The translations under genes were made by a program, and so were the position numbers. A stretch of DNA of 64,000 nucleotides. Source: Octopus vulgaris (lineage: Eukaryota). Of the stretch, positions 1 through 14,789 are shown piece after piece. The notes below the pieces were generated by a model. The model had not been told where the DNA came from. It saw only the letters and a list, made by a program, of their open reading frames with translations, and searched no databases. Each line of letters opens with the position of its first letter. Within the stretch, counting starts at the first letter, position 1. The DNA is taken from assembly GCA_951406725.2 (NCBI GenBank), contig OX597816.1, positions 97,650,001-97,714,000 on the forward strand, in the 5' to 3' direction.

Positions 1-1062
1 AATATTTCGCCAGTAGGTAGGGCAATGCGCCTCCTGCAGTGTTCTGAGACCTGAAGATGAGCTAGAAATTACTGGTTAATTGCGATACGAAGTCCAGGTG
101 TCTAGTCTCCTTCGACGAATACTTCTGAGACTTCGACCGCAAGGCAGAGGTAAGGGGCTTATGGTCGGTATAGAAGGTAAAGTTCCTCCTTGCGAGGATG
201 TGGTGGAATTGCTTCACGGGCAGGTAGACTGCCAACAATTCGCAACCAAACTGCTGTAGCGCGTTTCAGCAGGCTTCAGCTGCCGAGAGAAAATTGCAAG
301 AGGTTGCAGGTGTTGTTGGTGATGCTCCTACAGTACGGCACCAATGTCTGTGTCTGATGTATCAACTACAAACAAAAGCTTTGCATCGGAAACAGGGTGT
401 CCGATTAGAGATGCTTTAGCAAGTTCACGTTTCACCCCATGAAAAGCCTCCATCTGGGCCGGAGTCAACGCAATTGCTTCATTCTTCTTACGACGATCAT
501 TTAAGATTTCGGTAAGTGGAGAAGGAGTTCAGAACAATGAGGGATGAATCGGCAATAAAATTTCAGTAAGCCAAGGAAATAGTGCAACTCGCGAAGGGAA
601 GTAAGGGGATAAATGTCCACAATAGCTGGCACTTTCTCCGGCCACGAGATACAAGAGAGAATGTACCAAAAACAAATTTAGCTGGGTTACCCGTACTTGA
701 CATTGGTTAAGGCGCTTGAAGAGCAGTTTTAAATTATGAACATACTCTTCCGTTGAAGAACTAGCAATCAAGAGATCATCGATATATGCATAGACTAAAT
801 CCTGTCCACGAATGACTTCGTCAATGAACAACTGGAAAATGATGGTAGCATTTCGGAGGCCAATTGGCATAGTCGAGAATCGAAGGAGCCAAATAGGGTT
901 GTTACGGCAGTTTACAGAATATCCTCGGGGGGGGGGGGGGGGCAAGAATCTGATTAGAAGCTCTCACGAGATCAAGTTTGAAAAAAACAGTAAATCCAAG
1001 CAGTGATCTTAGAGATGAGAAATTGGATACCTATCAGGAATAGTGATAGCATTGAGACGTCT
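1..1062 (-). mobile_element. Ty3/Gypsy LTR retrotransposon pol fragment (RT-RNase H), disrupted; runs off the window start
   Basis: Minus-strand frames give RRLNAITIPDRYP, KLDLVRA, MPIGLRNA, YAYIDDLLIAS (YxDD), then RNase H motifs DTSDTDIGAV, PLAIFSRQLKPAETRY, ELLAVY, FYTDHKPL. Multiple frameshifts and stops, including a G-run at about 926-942. Confidence 0.92.
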
Positions 1063-1281
1063 AAACTTTCAATGATGCAGTAACTTTCAATGATGGCACT
1101 GGTCTCTATAGAAACATACAGAATGAGAATATGGTACTGCTAATAGAGAAGGAAAACACAATTTTGACGTGTCAACATTAAGATACTTGGAAATACATTA
1201 TGTTTCTTAATCGAAATACTGCTAGCAATTCTCTACGTATTACTATATATTTATTTGTGTGTGTATGTGTGTGAGGGCTCG

Positions 1282-1312
<31 letters not shown>

Positions 1313-1539
1313 TAGTAAGAAAATTGAGTGATATAATGGATATAAATTAATTTGTAATTAATTAACATGGCTTTCAATCGTTTCAATAGAAATTACACAA
1401 TATATATAATAAAATAATTTCCAATTTCTTAAGATTTTGAGCGAAATATCTTCAGGGCGAAAAGGACATTACGGCATTTACATGTAAATCAGTTATGGCA
1501 CTCCAACAGATTGACTATAATGACTATATATAAAGGTGC

Positions 1540-2093
<554 letters not shown>

Positions 2094-3048
2094 AATTACA
2101 GAATAAGCAAGAACACTTACGTCGTAACAAAGTATGTGATATTTGGTGGTAGTGAATCTATAAGTGTTGTAAGCGTGAGTTTCCGGAAAAGTTCACTTTG
2201 GTCAACATCGTATATTTTTCCATCCGTACATTGCTTGCCAGTATCATCGTTTTTAGATGCTCAAGATTAGTGCATCATAGATAATTTTTTGTGTCCATGT
2301 AATAAAATTATTTATTGATGATCCACAATAGTAAAAATATTGCTTTAGATGTATGTGTTCGTATGCATCACAAGAAACAGTTAGGTTTCTTTCACTAACA
2401 TTTTACATAGTTCATCCTACGTAAGTGAACGTGGGAAAAAAAATTTGGAATTTTGAAAGAAGCTGCTATAAATCTAGTTTTAAATATCGGGGCCCACCAG
2501 AATAAAATAGTAATCAAAAGAATTTATACATAAAAAAAATGGTTGGGGATAACTGCTCTAGATAATTGATCCTTATTAATGTTATTGCGTTTGCCAGTTG
2601 GTTACTCAAACGTTGGTCAGTTAGTAATGGCTCATTTGATTGGACAGGTTTTGGTGTTGATAAAGGTGGTGGTTTTGGTGGTGAGGACGGAATGTTGTTG
2701 GTTGCTCACTTTTAAAAAGATGGCAAGTGCGACATTTGCAGTGTTATTCCTGCGCCTGTGTGTCACCATCCGTATTTGAATTAAAATTTGCTTTCATTTT
2801 GTATTCATTCATTCAGCGTAACCGAGTGGTGCAACAAATTCGAACGTTCTGTACGCGAGTTTTGGACTACTTTTCACAAAATATCAACAAGAATTCGATA
2901 AAATTGATATACCAGAATGGTCGGTTTTTCATTCTGAAAATGAAATATATGTTATATATATATATGTGTGTGTATGTTATGTGTGTGTGTGTGTCTGTCT
3001 GTCTGTCTGTCTCTGTGTGTGTTATATGTTGCATATATATTTGGTATG

Positions 3049-3090
<42 letters not shown>

Positions 3091-3144
3091 TATTGTATAT
3101 GTGTGTGTACGCGTGTGTGTTATATGTTGCATATATATTTGTCA

Positions 3145-3216
<72 letters not shown>

Positions 3217-3777
3217 AACACGTACACACACAAACACACATAATATATACATATAAACACTCAAAGATAAAAAAGAGACAAACTTTGCTTTGATTAATAG
3301 GCAATTATGTAGGATGTTTCTCAATGCTTTCAGTGTTAGTAATAATAGAGTGATCATAAAGAACCTTCTAGAAAATTTGTATAGAATAAGCAGGAAGTTT
3401 GTACTAAATAGCACTTTATTATGGTATCGATTTAAGCTAGGTGTATTTCATTAGCATTTCCTTGACTCGAGATCTTCTAAAAGTTTCTGGCGTGTATAGA
3501 GAACAATATAATCGTAATTAGTTACGAGGCCCACTGCCAAAAAAATTCTGCTTTCTCCATATCTTCCTTGGACATTATATCCAGTTTGCCTGGGGCAAAT
3601 TTTATACACTTAATAAATATATAACTCCAACTTTGATACAATATATGACGAAGATCATGAACTTTTCTTTGTATCTAAGACACTATGTGTAGTTATGTGT
3701 ATATGTTTGAGTTATGGTGTACATCGATTCCTGATGCAGTATTTGTATGTCTATCTATCCATCTATCTATCTTTGTG

Positions 3778-3825
<48 letters not shown>

Positions 3826-3826
<1 letters not shown>

Positions 3827-4025
3827 GTTGAAATTCAAAGAAAAACAAAGGACGAAGACAGGTGTATAGACAACAGGCAGGTGTATTAGTTTGACGCTCT
3901 GGAAGGGAAGAGATACTTTTACGTTTTGAGCCTACCCTCTTCAACAGAAAGGAAAGAAATGAGGAAAGAAATTGAGAGAATAAATAGGGAGAGAATAAAA
4001 GCGAGATAATAAAACATCTGTGCAG
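3826..4025 (-). mobile_element. Short Penelope-like pLTR-type repeat (family 2) abutting (TA)n; homologous to 25325-25505
   Basis: Shares gacgaagacagg...tagacaac...attagt...gagcctac.ctctt..acagaaagga with the 25.4-kb copy and carries a hammerhead motif. The PLE assignment is inferred from that motif. Confidence 0.6.
3916..3951 (-). ncRNA. Minimal type I hammerhead ribozyme motif, decayed
   Basis: Minus strand CTTT-CTGTTGA-AGAGGGTAGGCTC-AAAA-CG-TA-AAAG. Stem I is CTTT/AAAG and stem III is palindromic ACGT, but GAAA has mutated to AAAA. Confidence 0.5.
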
Positions 4026-4059
4026 CTAGAGGTCTGTCATGTATGTATAAATATTCTTT

Positions 4060-4194
4060 TATTCCTGTAGTTGTTTCACATATGTGACTGTGGCCATGCT
4101 AGAGCACCAACTTTTCGTTGAACAAATCGACCACAGGGCTTATTATTTTAAACCCCAGTGCTTATTCTATTGGTCTTTTTTGCTGAACCACTAT

Positions 4195-4195
<1 letters not shown>
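4060..4195 (-). mobile_element. SINE family A, 3' fragment
   Basis: gactgtggccatgctagagcacc...caaatcgacc matches the full copies at 18.5 and 34.5 kb. Confidence 0.8.
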
Positions 4196-4233
<38 letters not shown>

Positions 4234-4434
4234 TGACAGAATTACGCAGTTACAAATGCTTGTTTAACTGATATTATTGCCTAGTGATAGAAAATGAGAT
4301 ACCATAATCTTCTGGAAATGAAATGTATACGTCCAAAAAGATGATTGGTCAAGGACGGAATGGTTTGTCTAGTTTGTCGTTACTCATCTTGTACAAAAAT
4401 TAATTTCTATATTACATTCCAGCTTATCTTCAAG

Positions 4435-6850
4435 TTGTTGTTTCCAGATAAACTTCGGGTCGATGGAAAGTTCGAATAGCTGCGGTGTGTTGCAATCCGT
4501 GACAAATAACTGAGCTGCAACGATAGAACCCGTTGCTCAGATCTCTTCACTACTCAGATCCTCGGTCTCTTTAGTCTAGGGATGGTCACCTCATCGGCAT
4601 TGAAACACTGTTGCCCACTCATTTTTGGGATGTCATCAATTTCTAACATCTCCCACACACCCAAGGGGAGCACCAACGCCCTTGTATTTGAGCGGTGCTC
4701 CCGTGGAGGTGCACACCACTTCCATCCCCACAGGAAGCTACCATTAGCACATGTTCCTCCACCATTAGTAAGAGGAGAAGCAGGATCTATTCAAGAAGTG
4801 GTTGTTTCCATCATCTCTCTTGCGTTGGCCCAATACAACGGGCCTCAAATGTACTCTCAATGTGGAGATGCAGCAGCTGTCATTGCACCACGCCTGCGCG
4901 TCATCGGCCATCCACACACCCTCAGACGAGACTGCATACCCGCGTGACGCCCAACTTTCGCTAGGCAACATCCCTCGGACCGAGAGCCATCTTAAGATCT
5001 CGAAAACGGCCTGGATGCTGGTGCCCTTCCTCCCAATCTTCAATCGATAAAACCTTAGAATTTGGTCGACACAGCGATCGACTGCTTTCTTCTGCTCTGA
5101 TCGCTCTTCGTCTCCCCATCACCGTCATCAATCGAGGGGGCCAAAAGGCAACGGCGCAAATCAGGGCTAACATCTTGTCCTTCGAGCGGGCGCCCATAAC
5201 TAACCTGTTCATATAAGCCTACCCGCAGGCTGATATGTCGTATGGGGCTCCGTGCATGCTCCCCAACACAGATATGGTCATACCATTTTCAACTGGCGCT
5301 CAACAACGACCTATACAGCCCCCATCTATTCGAACTGGGTATGAACAACATTGCTCGAAGCTTAACGACTTCTTTCGACTCCAGGTATCTGGACAATGGG
5401 ACGATAAGTAGACCGGCGGAGAGTGTCTTTCACAATCGGTAGAAAGTGTCTGCCGTTCAGTGGTTCCCGTTTTAGCAAGGATCAGCCATGACATACTCTC
5501 GTCCAAGTCGGAGGTTGTGAAATTCAACTACAATGCAAAGGTCTTTGTGGCCTCCATCTCAGACCGGCATTCCCTATTTCACCAGGTACAGGTGACCTCG
5601 AAACGGGACGTTCTTATCTTCGGATCATTGAACCTCCTGTCTGCCATTCGCTCCACCCGCAGGTCTAAGCTTCAGCAGCTTGAAAGATTGAAAACACTGA
5701 ACATAATCGAAGACCACCAAGCACTGTTCTTATTAAGGAACTGCTTCACCATGCAGAATTTATTGCATACCTTTCGTACCATCCCTGGTTACAGTCACGT
5801 GTCTCTCCTTAATGATCTCGACGCCTGCATCTAAAGAGCCGCCGAACAAATATGCAACATTCGGTTCGACGACTAAAGATGACAACAGATCACCTTATCC
5901 ATCAAATATAGATTTTCAGTCTCCCTGGTCGATGACCTCTTGCCGTGTCGTCATCAACTGGGTTTTCCAAAGCACAATTGAACATACTGGCATCGGATTG
6001 CGCGAGGTTACCTACGCGAAATAGAACCAATTCAGTCTGAGCCCTGCTGACATCCATTCCCTTCTCCCCTCTGTGGATTTCCATTTGTGATGCTATCCCT
6101 TGTAACATGGTATCGCATGAACTAGTGAGTCAAGTTGGCTACCACCGTCTGGCATGCTTCCGCTCAGCGTCGATGCTTCACAGCTGGGCCTGGCCCAATG
6201 TAGTGCCGCTGCTCGCGATTGATGCTTAGCATAAGATCGACTGTTTGCGCATTCGCGTTTCCTTGAGGTTTGGACTAAAATATGTGAGAATAATGAATGC
6301 CGTTGCCGATCCACTAGGGATTCTCTCAGCATACACTCATTTTGAAAGGCCATTATAGTGCTGGCCATCTTCTACGCCATGTCGTCCGTAAATCTTAAAG
6401 CATGACCTAGTCCTACAGCCTACCATTCCAGCTCGAGCCAGCGTGGCTAAACCGAGGAGACGATAAAAGGCCTGATAGTATGACAATTTTCCCCTTTCGT
6501 AGCGACAGGCTCCTCAACTGCGATGCCACATAATCTCACACTTTCTCCAGCGGCAACTTGGTGTGTTCTTCCATCAGCCCACGCCCCGCTGCTCGTCAGG
6601 TTCCGAAAAGTAATCTATCAAAGTATCGGTTACTCTTTGAGAAGTTTATGTCAAAGCCTGTGGCTATGGAGACCTCCGACGTTCTCGGCCCTCGGACCAT
6701 ATCACTGCTCACCGCTATGAGATTAGAGCTAGTTATCCGCAGAGTGTCTGTTCCAGCGCATCTCTCTCGCCATCCTGCAGAGTAACGCATTTTTCATTTT
6801 GCCTCGAGGGAATATCAAGTGGTCTGAATAACAAAAACAAAAACAAAAAA
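4435..6850 (+). mobile_element. CRE-clade-like non-LTR retrotransposon (RT + CCHC + restriction-like endonuclease), degraded
   Basis: GC-richer block. RYLDNGTI at about 5383 (YLDDG-type), HQALFLLRNCF, ECRCR..D..IH zinc-knuckle remnant, and RLE motif WLNRGDDKRPDSMTIFPF at about 6445-6500. A-rich tail at 6828-6850. Many stops. Confidence 0.78.
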
Positions 6851-9315
6851 ACCCCAGAGAATGTAAGAATTATATAGCTTACTACATGGGCCGTGTATTG
6901 TGATGTTGGCAGTAGAGTTGGTGTCAGTTGTCAAAGTGATGGTGGTATAAAGATTCACAGTTGCAGTTCTTACTTTGAATCCATAAGAATTAATGTATGT
7001 CTTATCAACGGAAATTTAATTGTGGTAGCGTTGGTTAATATCAATAAGAAGGTGTGGGATTGAAGTGCAGGAACACAAGTCATACTTTAATATCAGATCT
7101 GAAATCTTTGGGTCACGTTGATGGAAAAATGGCTTTGTACAAATTTTTATTAATGAAGTTGTCTAGAAAAGGGAAGGGGTTTTTATAACTAATCAAACTG
7201 AATCATATAGGTTGGTGACTGTTTCTTATTATGTTAAAGATTTCATCTTACTTTGTTCAATGTTATAGAAAATTAAATTGTCAACTTTTCTTCGCTTACT
7301 TCTCTGATACATTAAATAAATTCATCATAATAGTTAATTCAGTCAGGCTTCAAGCATTGATATTAAAGCATCGCACAATTTAGAATGACACTAAAATGCA
7401 AGGACAAGTATTGACCTTGATCATATTTTTAAGATTTTTACTGTAAAAAGCCTTAAGCAAAAGTAAATAGATACGTATTTCAGCTAGGGTCTTCAACTAC
7501 ATGCAAATTTGAAGAGGATTGAAATCTTCCATTAATATCTCGAAAGTTTGATAATGGGATTGGGTTAATAAATACAATTCACTAATACAATTTACGATAA
7601 TCTTATTTCATGGAATGGCAGGCTTCTTCATTACTGTTATCTCGTACATGTGCAAACAGGAACGACAAGATAAAAGGAAATAGAACAGAAATGAGAGATA
7701 TCCTTATTCCAATGGAACATCAAGTAACAAAATACTGTTACACTCAATGATACATAAACGGAAATATATATCTTCAATTAATTTATGCAACTACATTAAT
7801 GAATAACATGTAGTTTGTGAGAGCAACATAAATCTGATGTAACTAAACCATGTTTCTGTTAATTTGAGTACGTACATTTATATTAGCAACATTTCCCATG
7901 TTTCTAGGATGAGCTATCACCCTGCATGTATGTTTTTATTTTGACACCATTTCCTTTTACATTTGTGGTGTAAAACATATCCAAGCCGTACTTATTCACG
8001 GACCGCATAATTTTTTGCAGCTACTACTGCTAGAAATGATACGGTGTTACATCCTCAGATGGCCAACTGACATTTGACAGTTACTGTGAATCCATTTCGA
8101 CGACTCTACATTCACGTAGACACTGGGGCTACTCACTAACGTTTTTACTAGTGAAACAAACGGTTTATACGATATGAACAACAATTTCCATGACATCAGA
8201 TGTGTTCTATATATCTGTTTGATTTCCTAGTAAAAGGAATTGTTTTCTTATCTAGAATTGCGAAATGCATTTTTAAATAGATATATACACAATTTGCTTC
8301 AATCTGGGCTTATATTTCCAAGCAGTCAGTAGCGACTCTGCCTGTCGCACTAATATTGTAAATATTATTATATCAGTATCTGATAAATGGGCAAGTTATT
8401 TGTTATAAAGCATTGAGCAGTCATATGTGGGGACATTTTTTCGGAACAGCTGTTTCTGGATATGACTGTGCTTGTTCCTTCTATAATTCGGGAAATGGTT
8501 ATAAGAAGAAACACTGAACGAATTTTGTTTGTGTTGCTAAAATTACTATAGTTTGTTTTTAATAAAAAAGAATATTAAAACAATGTTCTCATTAATTTTG
8601 GTTCAATGTACATTATTTCAGTATTAACGCTTGATTGTTCAACTTTTGTTGAAAGAGCTAATAATTACGAAGTGAAGTATTGTATAGTTTCAAAAGAGTG
8701 TTGTAGAGGAAGGTAGAGGCGAAATGTGTGCAACAGGATGTAAGAAGGGATATTACACTCTGCGATATTTTGTATATTACAAAGAGATGCTCTGCATGAA
8801 ATTGTCTAATATATCAATGACTAGTTGGGTCCAGAATTTTAGCAAGAAATTTGAGAAGTGAATTCATGTTACCAGACAATGCCAACAAGTATTTATACAA
8901 AAGTCTGAGGATGTACGTTATATTATATGTACGCTTCAAATGAACATATGTAGCATGTTGGGGCATTTATCTAAAAGATTTGATGCATTGTATTTTTAAA
9001 ATACACATTCATATACCAACAAAGGCAATAACAGACACGCTTACTGGTACACACATAGGTATATATACACTCCTATATGCATGTATGCACACTACATTTC
9101 CAACTTCTTTGCTGACATATTAAGCGGATGTCAATTTCTCAAATGAATAACCGGAACACATTATGGCCTTCAATTTGATAAATAACATTCGATTAAATTG
9201 TTTACGTCGAACCATATTAGTCTTCAACTTTTATTATTGGTTGTTCAGTAGATGTTACTAGCTAAGTTGCTATTTTTATCACTAAATTTAATTTCAGCAA
9301 AAATTGTGTTGATCG

Positions 9316-9368
<53 letters not shown>

Positions 9369-10498
9369 CTGTTCCGGCTCATAATGGTTTCAATATATTA
9401 AGTTTTTTTCTTTCCATCAATACGTTGATTAATCAAGTAATATTTTAGTTTCAGTGGGTCAGCAACAATTTGTATCGATTTGGCTTCGGACGAAAATAGT
9501 TTCTTCTGGTTAATAATATTTGCAGTAAACATTGGTTGTCTTTGCTGAGGCATAACATAGCAAAATTTTCCCTAGCATAACATTGAAATCAACAATATAT
9601 TTTAGATGCACTCATTTCAAAATACAATATCTTCAAACATCATTTAAGCCTCGTATATCCTACGTGTCTATAGCTGTTAATCCTGATAGTTTAGAAACTT
9701 GTTCAGCCATAGAGAATATAAATCAGTTATATTATTAAAGCCAGTCACAAAATAGTAAATGTAAAAGTTTGTAAAAAAGAATAGATTTTGTGGACAATAC
9801 TAACTGATAACGTTGCTCTTACAATATATGCATTACAATATATACAAGCAATTTAAATACGGTTTGCAGTGAATTCTTTTTGCGTGTCATTAGTATCCTT
9901 TCAGAAACTCTAAAATATCACATAAACTTAATTACCGTCTCTTATCAACAAAATTCAAATTCATATTTGCCTTTGCAACACATATGCCTATTGCAGTTAT
10001 AGTTGTTTGTTATGTTTTCAAATTTAACTGATGATCAGCAGGGCAATGGAAAGAAAGTTTGAGCGCGTAATATTTTGTTCAGCGACTGTGCTGTCTTCCA
10101 ATTTTAGGCGGTGTCGTGAGTTTTGACGGAATTTTTTTTTTCCACTTCTAATATTTCATTTCACTACTAAGATGCACTGTCATTTGCTACTAACATTTAT
10201 AGCTTAAAGTTTATAGAGCTGTCCGGTTATGTTTCTGATAGTGATGAGAACGATATGGCATATGACAATAATGACGAAGGTGGTAAAGATAAGGATAACA
10301 ATGGTGATGGAGATGAGGATATTCATTAATATGGTGATAAGGATTAATTGTAATATACAACTACCTAATAAATTTCTTTGCTAGACTTGCAAAAAATAAC
10401 AGCAAGTATATAACATTTAAAGAAAATATTTTATGAATAGGTTACCTTTCTTTTTCTTACTGTTTTCCCCTCCCTCTTACACACACACAGACACATAT

Positions 10499-10873
10499 AT
10501 ATTGTTGTATTTGGGGTTGGTTATGTTGCCAGTTTAGCCAATAAAAACACACACACTATATATTTGGTGTTAATTTGCTTCAGCATTATTTTTTACATTA
10601 ATCGTATTCCGGCCAGAGTTCTTCCGTCACACATCTGTGACCTCATCAGTGGTCCTTTGCCTGGCTGATCGTTAGTTAGGAAGGCACAAGAATACGAAAG
10701 AATAAAGCAAAGGACCACTGATGAGGTCACAGAAGTGTTACGGAAGAACTCTGGCCGAAATGCGATTAATGTAAAAAATAAAATAAAACTGAAACAATTT
10801 AACACCAAATATATAGTGCATGTGTTTCTGTTGGCTAAAATGGCATCATGACCATCCCCAAATACAACAATAT
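10499..10873. repeat. Long inverted repeat (arms of about 165 bp, 46-nt spacer) with a hammerhead-like core in each arm
   Basis: 10499-10660 is the imperfect reverse complement of 10707-10873 (atattgttgtatttgggg / ccccaaatacaacaatat; gtgacctcatcagtggtcctttgc / gcaaaggaccactgatgaggtcac). Confidence 0.93.
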
Positions 10874-10932
10874 CTGTTTCAACATACGATTTCACATCAG
10901 GAATCTTGCAAAACGAATATATAAACGTATAT

Positions 10933-10989
<57 letters not shown>

Positions 10990-10993
<4 letters not shown>

Positions 10994-11187
10994 AATTCCA
11001 AACATGAACAAGCAAGAAAAAACAACGCGAGGATGTGGAATAAGTACAGTGTTATTGGACGATCAGGGAAGGAAAGAAAAGAAAGAGCATTTCACATTTC
11101 GAGCGGAGCTCTTCATCAGAAATATAGAAAAAGTCCAAAGAAGGGAAGACGGAGAAAGAAAATCGCCAACGATACACACGCGGTCAA

Positions 11188-11190
<3 letters not shown>
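10990..11190 (-). mobile_element. Short Penelope-like pLTR-type repeat (family 1) between (TA)n tracts; homologous to 37921-38130
   Basis: aacaacgcgagga...tattggacg.tcagg...gcggagctcttc.tc.gaaa...aatcgccaacg.tacacacg.ggtca is shared with the 38-kb copy. Confidence 0.65.
11089..11123 (-). ncRNA. Minimal type I hammerhead ribozyme motif; cleavage triplet decayed
   Basis: Minus strand ATTT-CTGATGA-AGAGC-TCC-GCTC-GAAA-TG-TG-AAAT. Perfect CUGAUGA and GAAA, stem II GAGC/GCTC, stem I ATTT/AAAT. The H position is G. Confidence 0.65.
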
Positions 11191-11258
<68 letters not shown>

Positions 11259-11521
11259 TACGCGTGTGTATGTGTGCGTCTGTGTGTCTATGTTTGTGTG
11301 ATTTTCTTGAATGGGTGGTTATTAATCTCATCGACAGAAAGAAGCTAGATACATTAGGATACAAAGATCCCCCAGCCAGGAAATTTCACAGAGCCGCTCA
11401 TATGGACTAGATTCACTGATAATTCAATATATCTTGTTTTAGTTCCAGTCATTAGATAAACTGGTCTATTGCAATGAGGCACCGTCTTGATGTGAGTTTA
11501 ATGGAACAATTCGATCAGTGT

Positions 11522-11595
<74 letters not shown>

Positions 11596-11803
11596 TGAGA
11601 AAGAGTGAGAGAGAGACAAACAACTTGTTTAAAATCTCTGAGTGAAAGATATACGGTAACAGTACCAAATAGTACTATAAAGGATGACGTTACTTTTGTT
11701 ATAGCCCAAGAAAACATTTTTTCCAGCTGACTATCGACATACAGTTTGTGTCCGTATAGCATTCGCAAGGGAGGTCATCGCTCTCATTTCTAGCCTTACA
11801 TGA

Positions 11804-11892
<89 letters not shown>

Positions 11893-12349
11893 TATGTGTG
11901 AGTGTGTGTGTGTGTTTGCATGTGTACGTGTGTGTATTTGTCTGTGTGCGCGTAAGTATGTATGTGTATATGTCTGTCCAGAAACACCCAACACACTCCT
12001 GAATTCGAAGACTGTTGTCTATAGAACTAAGCTCACATTATTTAAATCATATTATGTGCTTCTAAATTTCCATAACAGCCAATGATTTCAAGGTGAACTT
12101 TACACAAAAGCAAAGCAGCTCCGTATTCCAGTTCATCTGAATGTACTCGGAGCACAGAAGCGAATTCTTCATCATCGAACCGTACATGGAGTAATTGCCA
12201 GCTTGGCCTCTGTATGAAATTGAATATTAGTAAACTGGATTATTCATAAACAGGAAAATATTGTTGCTACCAAAGTGTTAAGCGAATGCATGCACGCATG
12301 CACGTGCACACACACATATACACACACGCGAATATATATATATAAACAA

Positions 12350-12427
12350 GGTGGCGAGCTGGCAGAAACGTTAGCACGCCGGGCGAAATGCGTAGCCGTA
12401 TTTCGTCTGTCGTTACGTTCTGAGTTT
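12350..12427 (+). mobile_element. SINE family B, 5' head
   Basis: ggcgagctggcagaaacgttagcacgccgggcgaaatgc...gttctgag: tRNA-like A box and start of B box. The reverse complement occurs at 41.9 kb. Confidence 0.8.
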
Positions 12428-12676
12428 CACACCGTTCTAAAGAAGAGAAGCGGATATTCCTGACACCTGTGATTATTTAGTCGCTGATTTTCTACGTACC
12501 AGTGGTCCCCAAATTCGGCCAGATACGCAGTGTATGAGTACATTCCCTTGAAAATGCCCAAAGAAACGAAAAGAGCACTGGCGTTTTAAACACAGCACAT
12601 CCAAAAGAGGTTAATGATAAAAGAAATAGCGCAGTAAATTTACTTGCCACGAACTATTGAAATTAAATATACATAA

Positions 12677-12715
<39 letters not shown>

Positions 12716-12773
12716 CAGAAATATAAACGTCACTAAAGCGACAAAGGACACTAAAATTGCGAATAAGCCACTC

Positions 12774-12849
<76 letters not shown>

Positions 12850-13227
12850 CATACATATTCATACATATACGTATATATGTATATACTTACATATGAAAGT
12901 AACTATATATGTAAATTTAGACGTATATTCTTACGTCTTAGATAATAGCCCTGCTTCGACATTCGATGCATTTCTAGGAAATGCCTTTTCACAACTTTTG
13001 ATAATCGTTCATATCTGATTGCATCTTATCTGGAAACGATGACCGGCGAAAGTTATCATATATTCTGAATAAAGTGACGTGTTAACTGCAAGTTGTTCAG
13101 CACCATCAACTGTTGATTTTGAAAACAATTTAGGATTAAATCATAGGATTAAATCATTTCTCAATTACGGTATGTTAGGTATAGTTATCTGTTCCAGATT
13201 TCTACTTTTAATATTTGCTAAATTGTC

Positions 13228-13445
13228 AGATAGCGAGCTGATGGCATCGTTAAAACATCGGGCAAAATGCTTAGCGATATTTCGTCTGTTTCTATTTTCT
13301 TAGTTGAAATTCTGCCGATGTCGACCTTGCCTTTCATCCTTTCTGCGTCGATAATATAACTACCAGTTGAGCACTGAAGCCGAAGTAATCGAATTACCCT
13401 CTCCCCCCGAAATTGCTGGCCTTATATCAATCTTTGAAACCAATA
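13228..13445 (+). mobile_element. SINE family B, near full length
   Basis: gcgagctg...gtcgaccttgcctttcatcctt...taccagttgagcactg...ccccgaaattgctggcctt. Confidence 0.8.
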
Positions 13446-14789
13446 TTTGCAAGTTTTTAATTTTAATTTTTTGTTAAATCTTAGGAATCTATGAGTTATC
13501 GCATAATATTTTTCTAATATTTGAAGGCGTTTGTAAGATATTCATAAATACCATAAATCCAAATTGAACATGAATCCAAATAGTTTATAATTATTCTCAG
13601 GTGAGAAATATTATGACTAAGTAAATAATTTCATCGCTTAAAAGGACAGCTCTCCATGTTTTATATTAAATGGACGCTTTCATGAATTACATTCTGTTTA
13701 GTCCCATGTAAGACTAATTGATTTGTCTTGATAGGCAAGTATTTTTGAGGCGATATTTATGCAGTATACTCTTTTATTTAGCTCACTCAAAAGTATTTAT
13801 AGATTTCTAAATGTAAAGTGAAACGTATAATAGATTTATTATACACAGTTATATCAGTAGAAATCTACTACTGTAATCTTGTGACTCATTTTTTTCTGAA
13901 TATATATAACTGCGAAATAATGAACCTGTCATCTCGATACAGAGCGCAATATAAGTTATTAAATTAATCATGTAATAAACGTACTATATAAAGTGAAAGA
14001 GTCTGAGAAAATTCTACGATTTTAGGATATGCATCAAAAGAATTAAAATTATTACTCTTCAATCACAAACCGTTATCAAACGAAAACAATGGTCTTGCAT
14101 GCATGATTATTTAGATGTTAGATTCGCAGAAAAATAGTTTGGGCAAAAAAAAAAAACTTTTTGAGAAAACATTTAGTTATCGAATAGCAGTGTTAAATTA
14201 TATCTCTAAGAAAAATGCCGTCGTTCCACAACGATAAATTTACTGGTTGATTTTACGTTCTTTAATGTCGAAGTTACTTTTGCTCACTTTACTTACGTAC
14301 CTTGTTTTGGATATATACTGACCTACAAGTGGATAAGATTTTATGCGTAGCCATTAGAGTAATATATGAAATTCTAAAAGGATACCATGCTGTCATCTAT
14401 TCCTAAGTCGACAACTATTGGTTTGTTTTCTGGAATTGATAGACATGAATGTAGTATCTTTACAATTTCTTTGTAATAAGCATTAGTTATATTATGAACC
14501 AGTGTTTTTTTGGTTTTCGACGATTTCCTTTAACTAGAGTAATGTTTGGTGGGAGTGTGTGTATCTATGTGTCAGAGAAGTGTAATGTGTGTGCGTGCGC
14601 GTTTGTGTGTGAGTGTGTGTACGAGTGCTTTTAGGTGAAAATAATATAGTGTAGTATAGATTGATAATATTGATGTAATGGTATCATAATCCAAACAGAA
14701 TGTCGCATCACCTGTGCTCGGAGCAATATAATTCAGCGGTGAATTAGCTCTGTACTGTACTATGGTACAGAATTATATATTAACACAGA

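Noticed and set aside
8011-8110. Splice-acceptor-like ttttttgcAG followed by mixed-composition sequence
   Set aside because: All three frames close within about 60 nt and no convincing donor was found.
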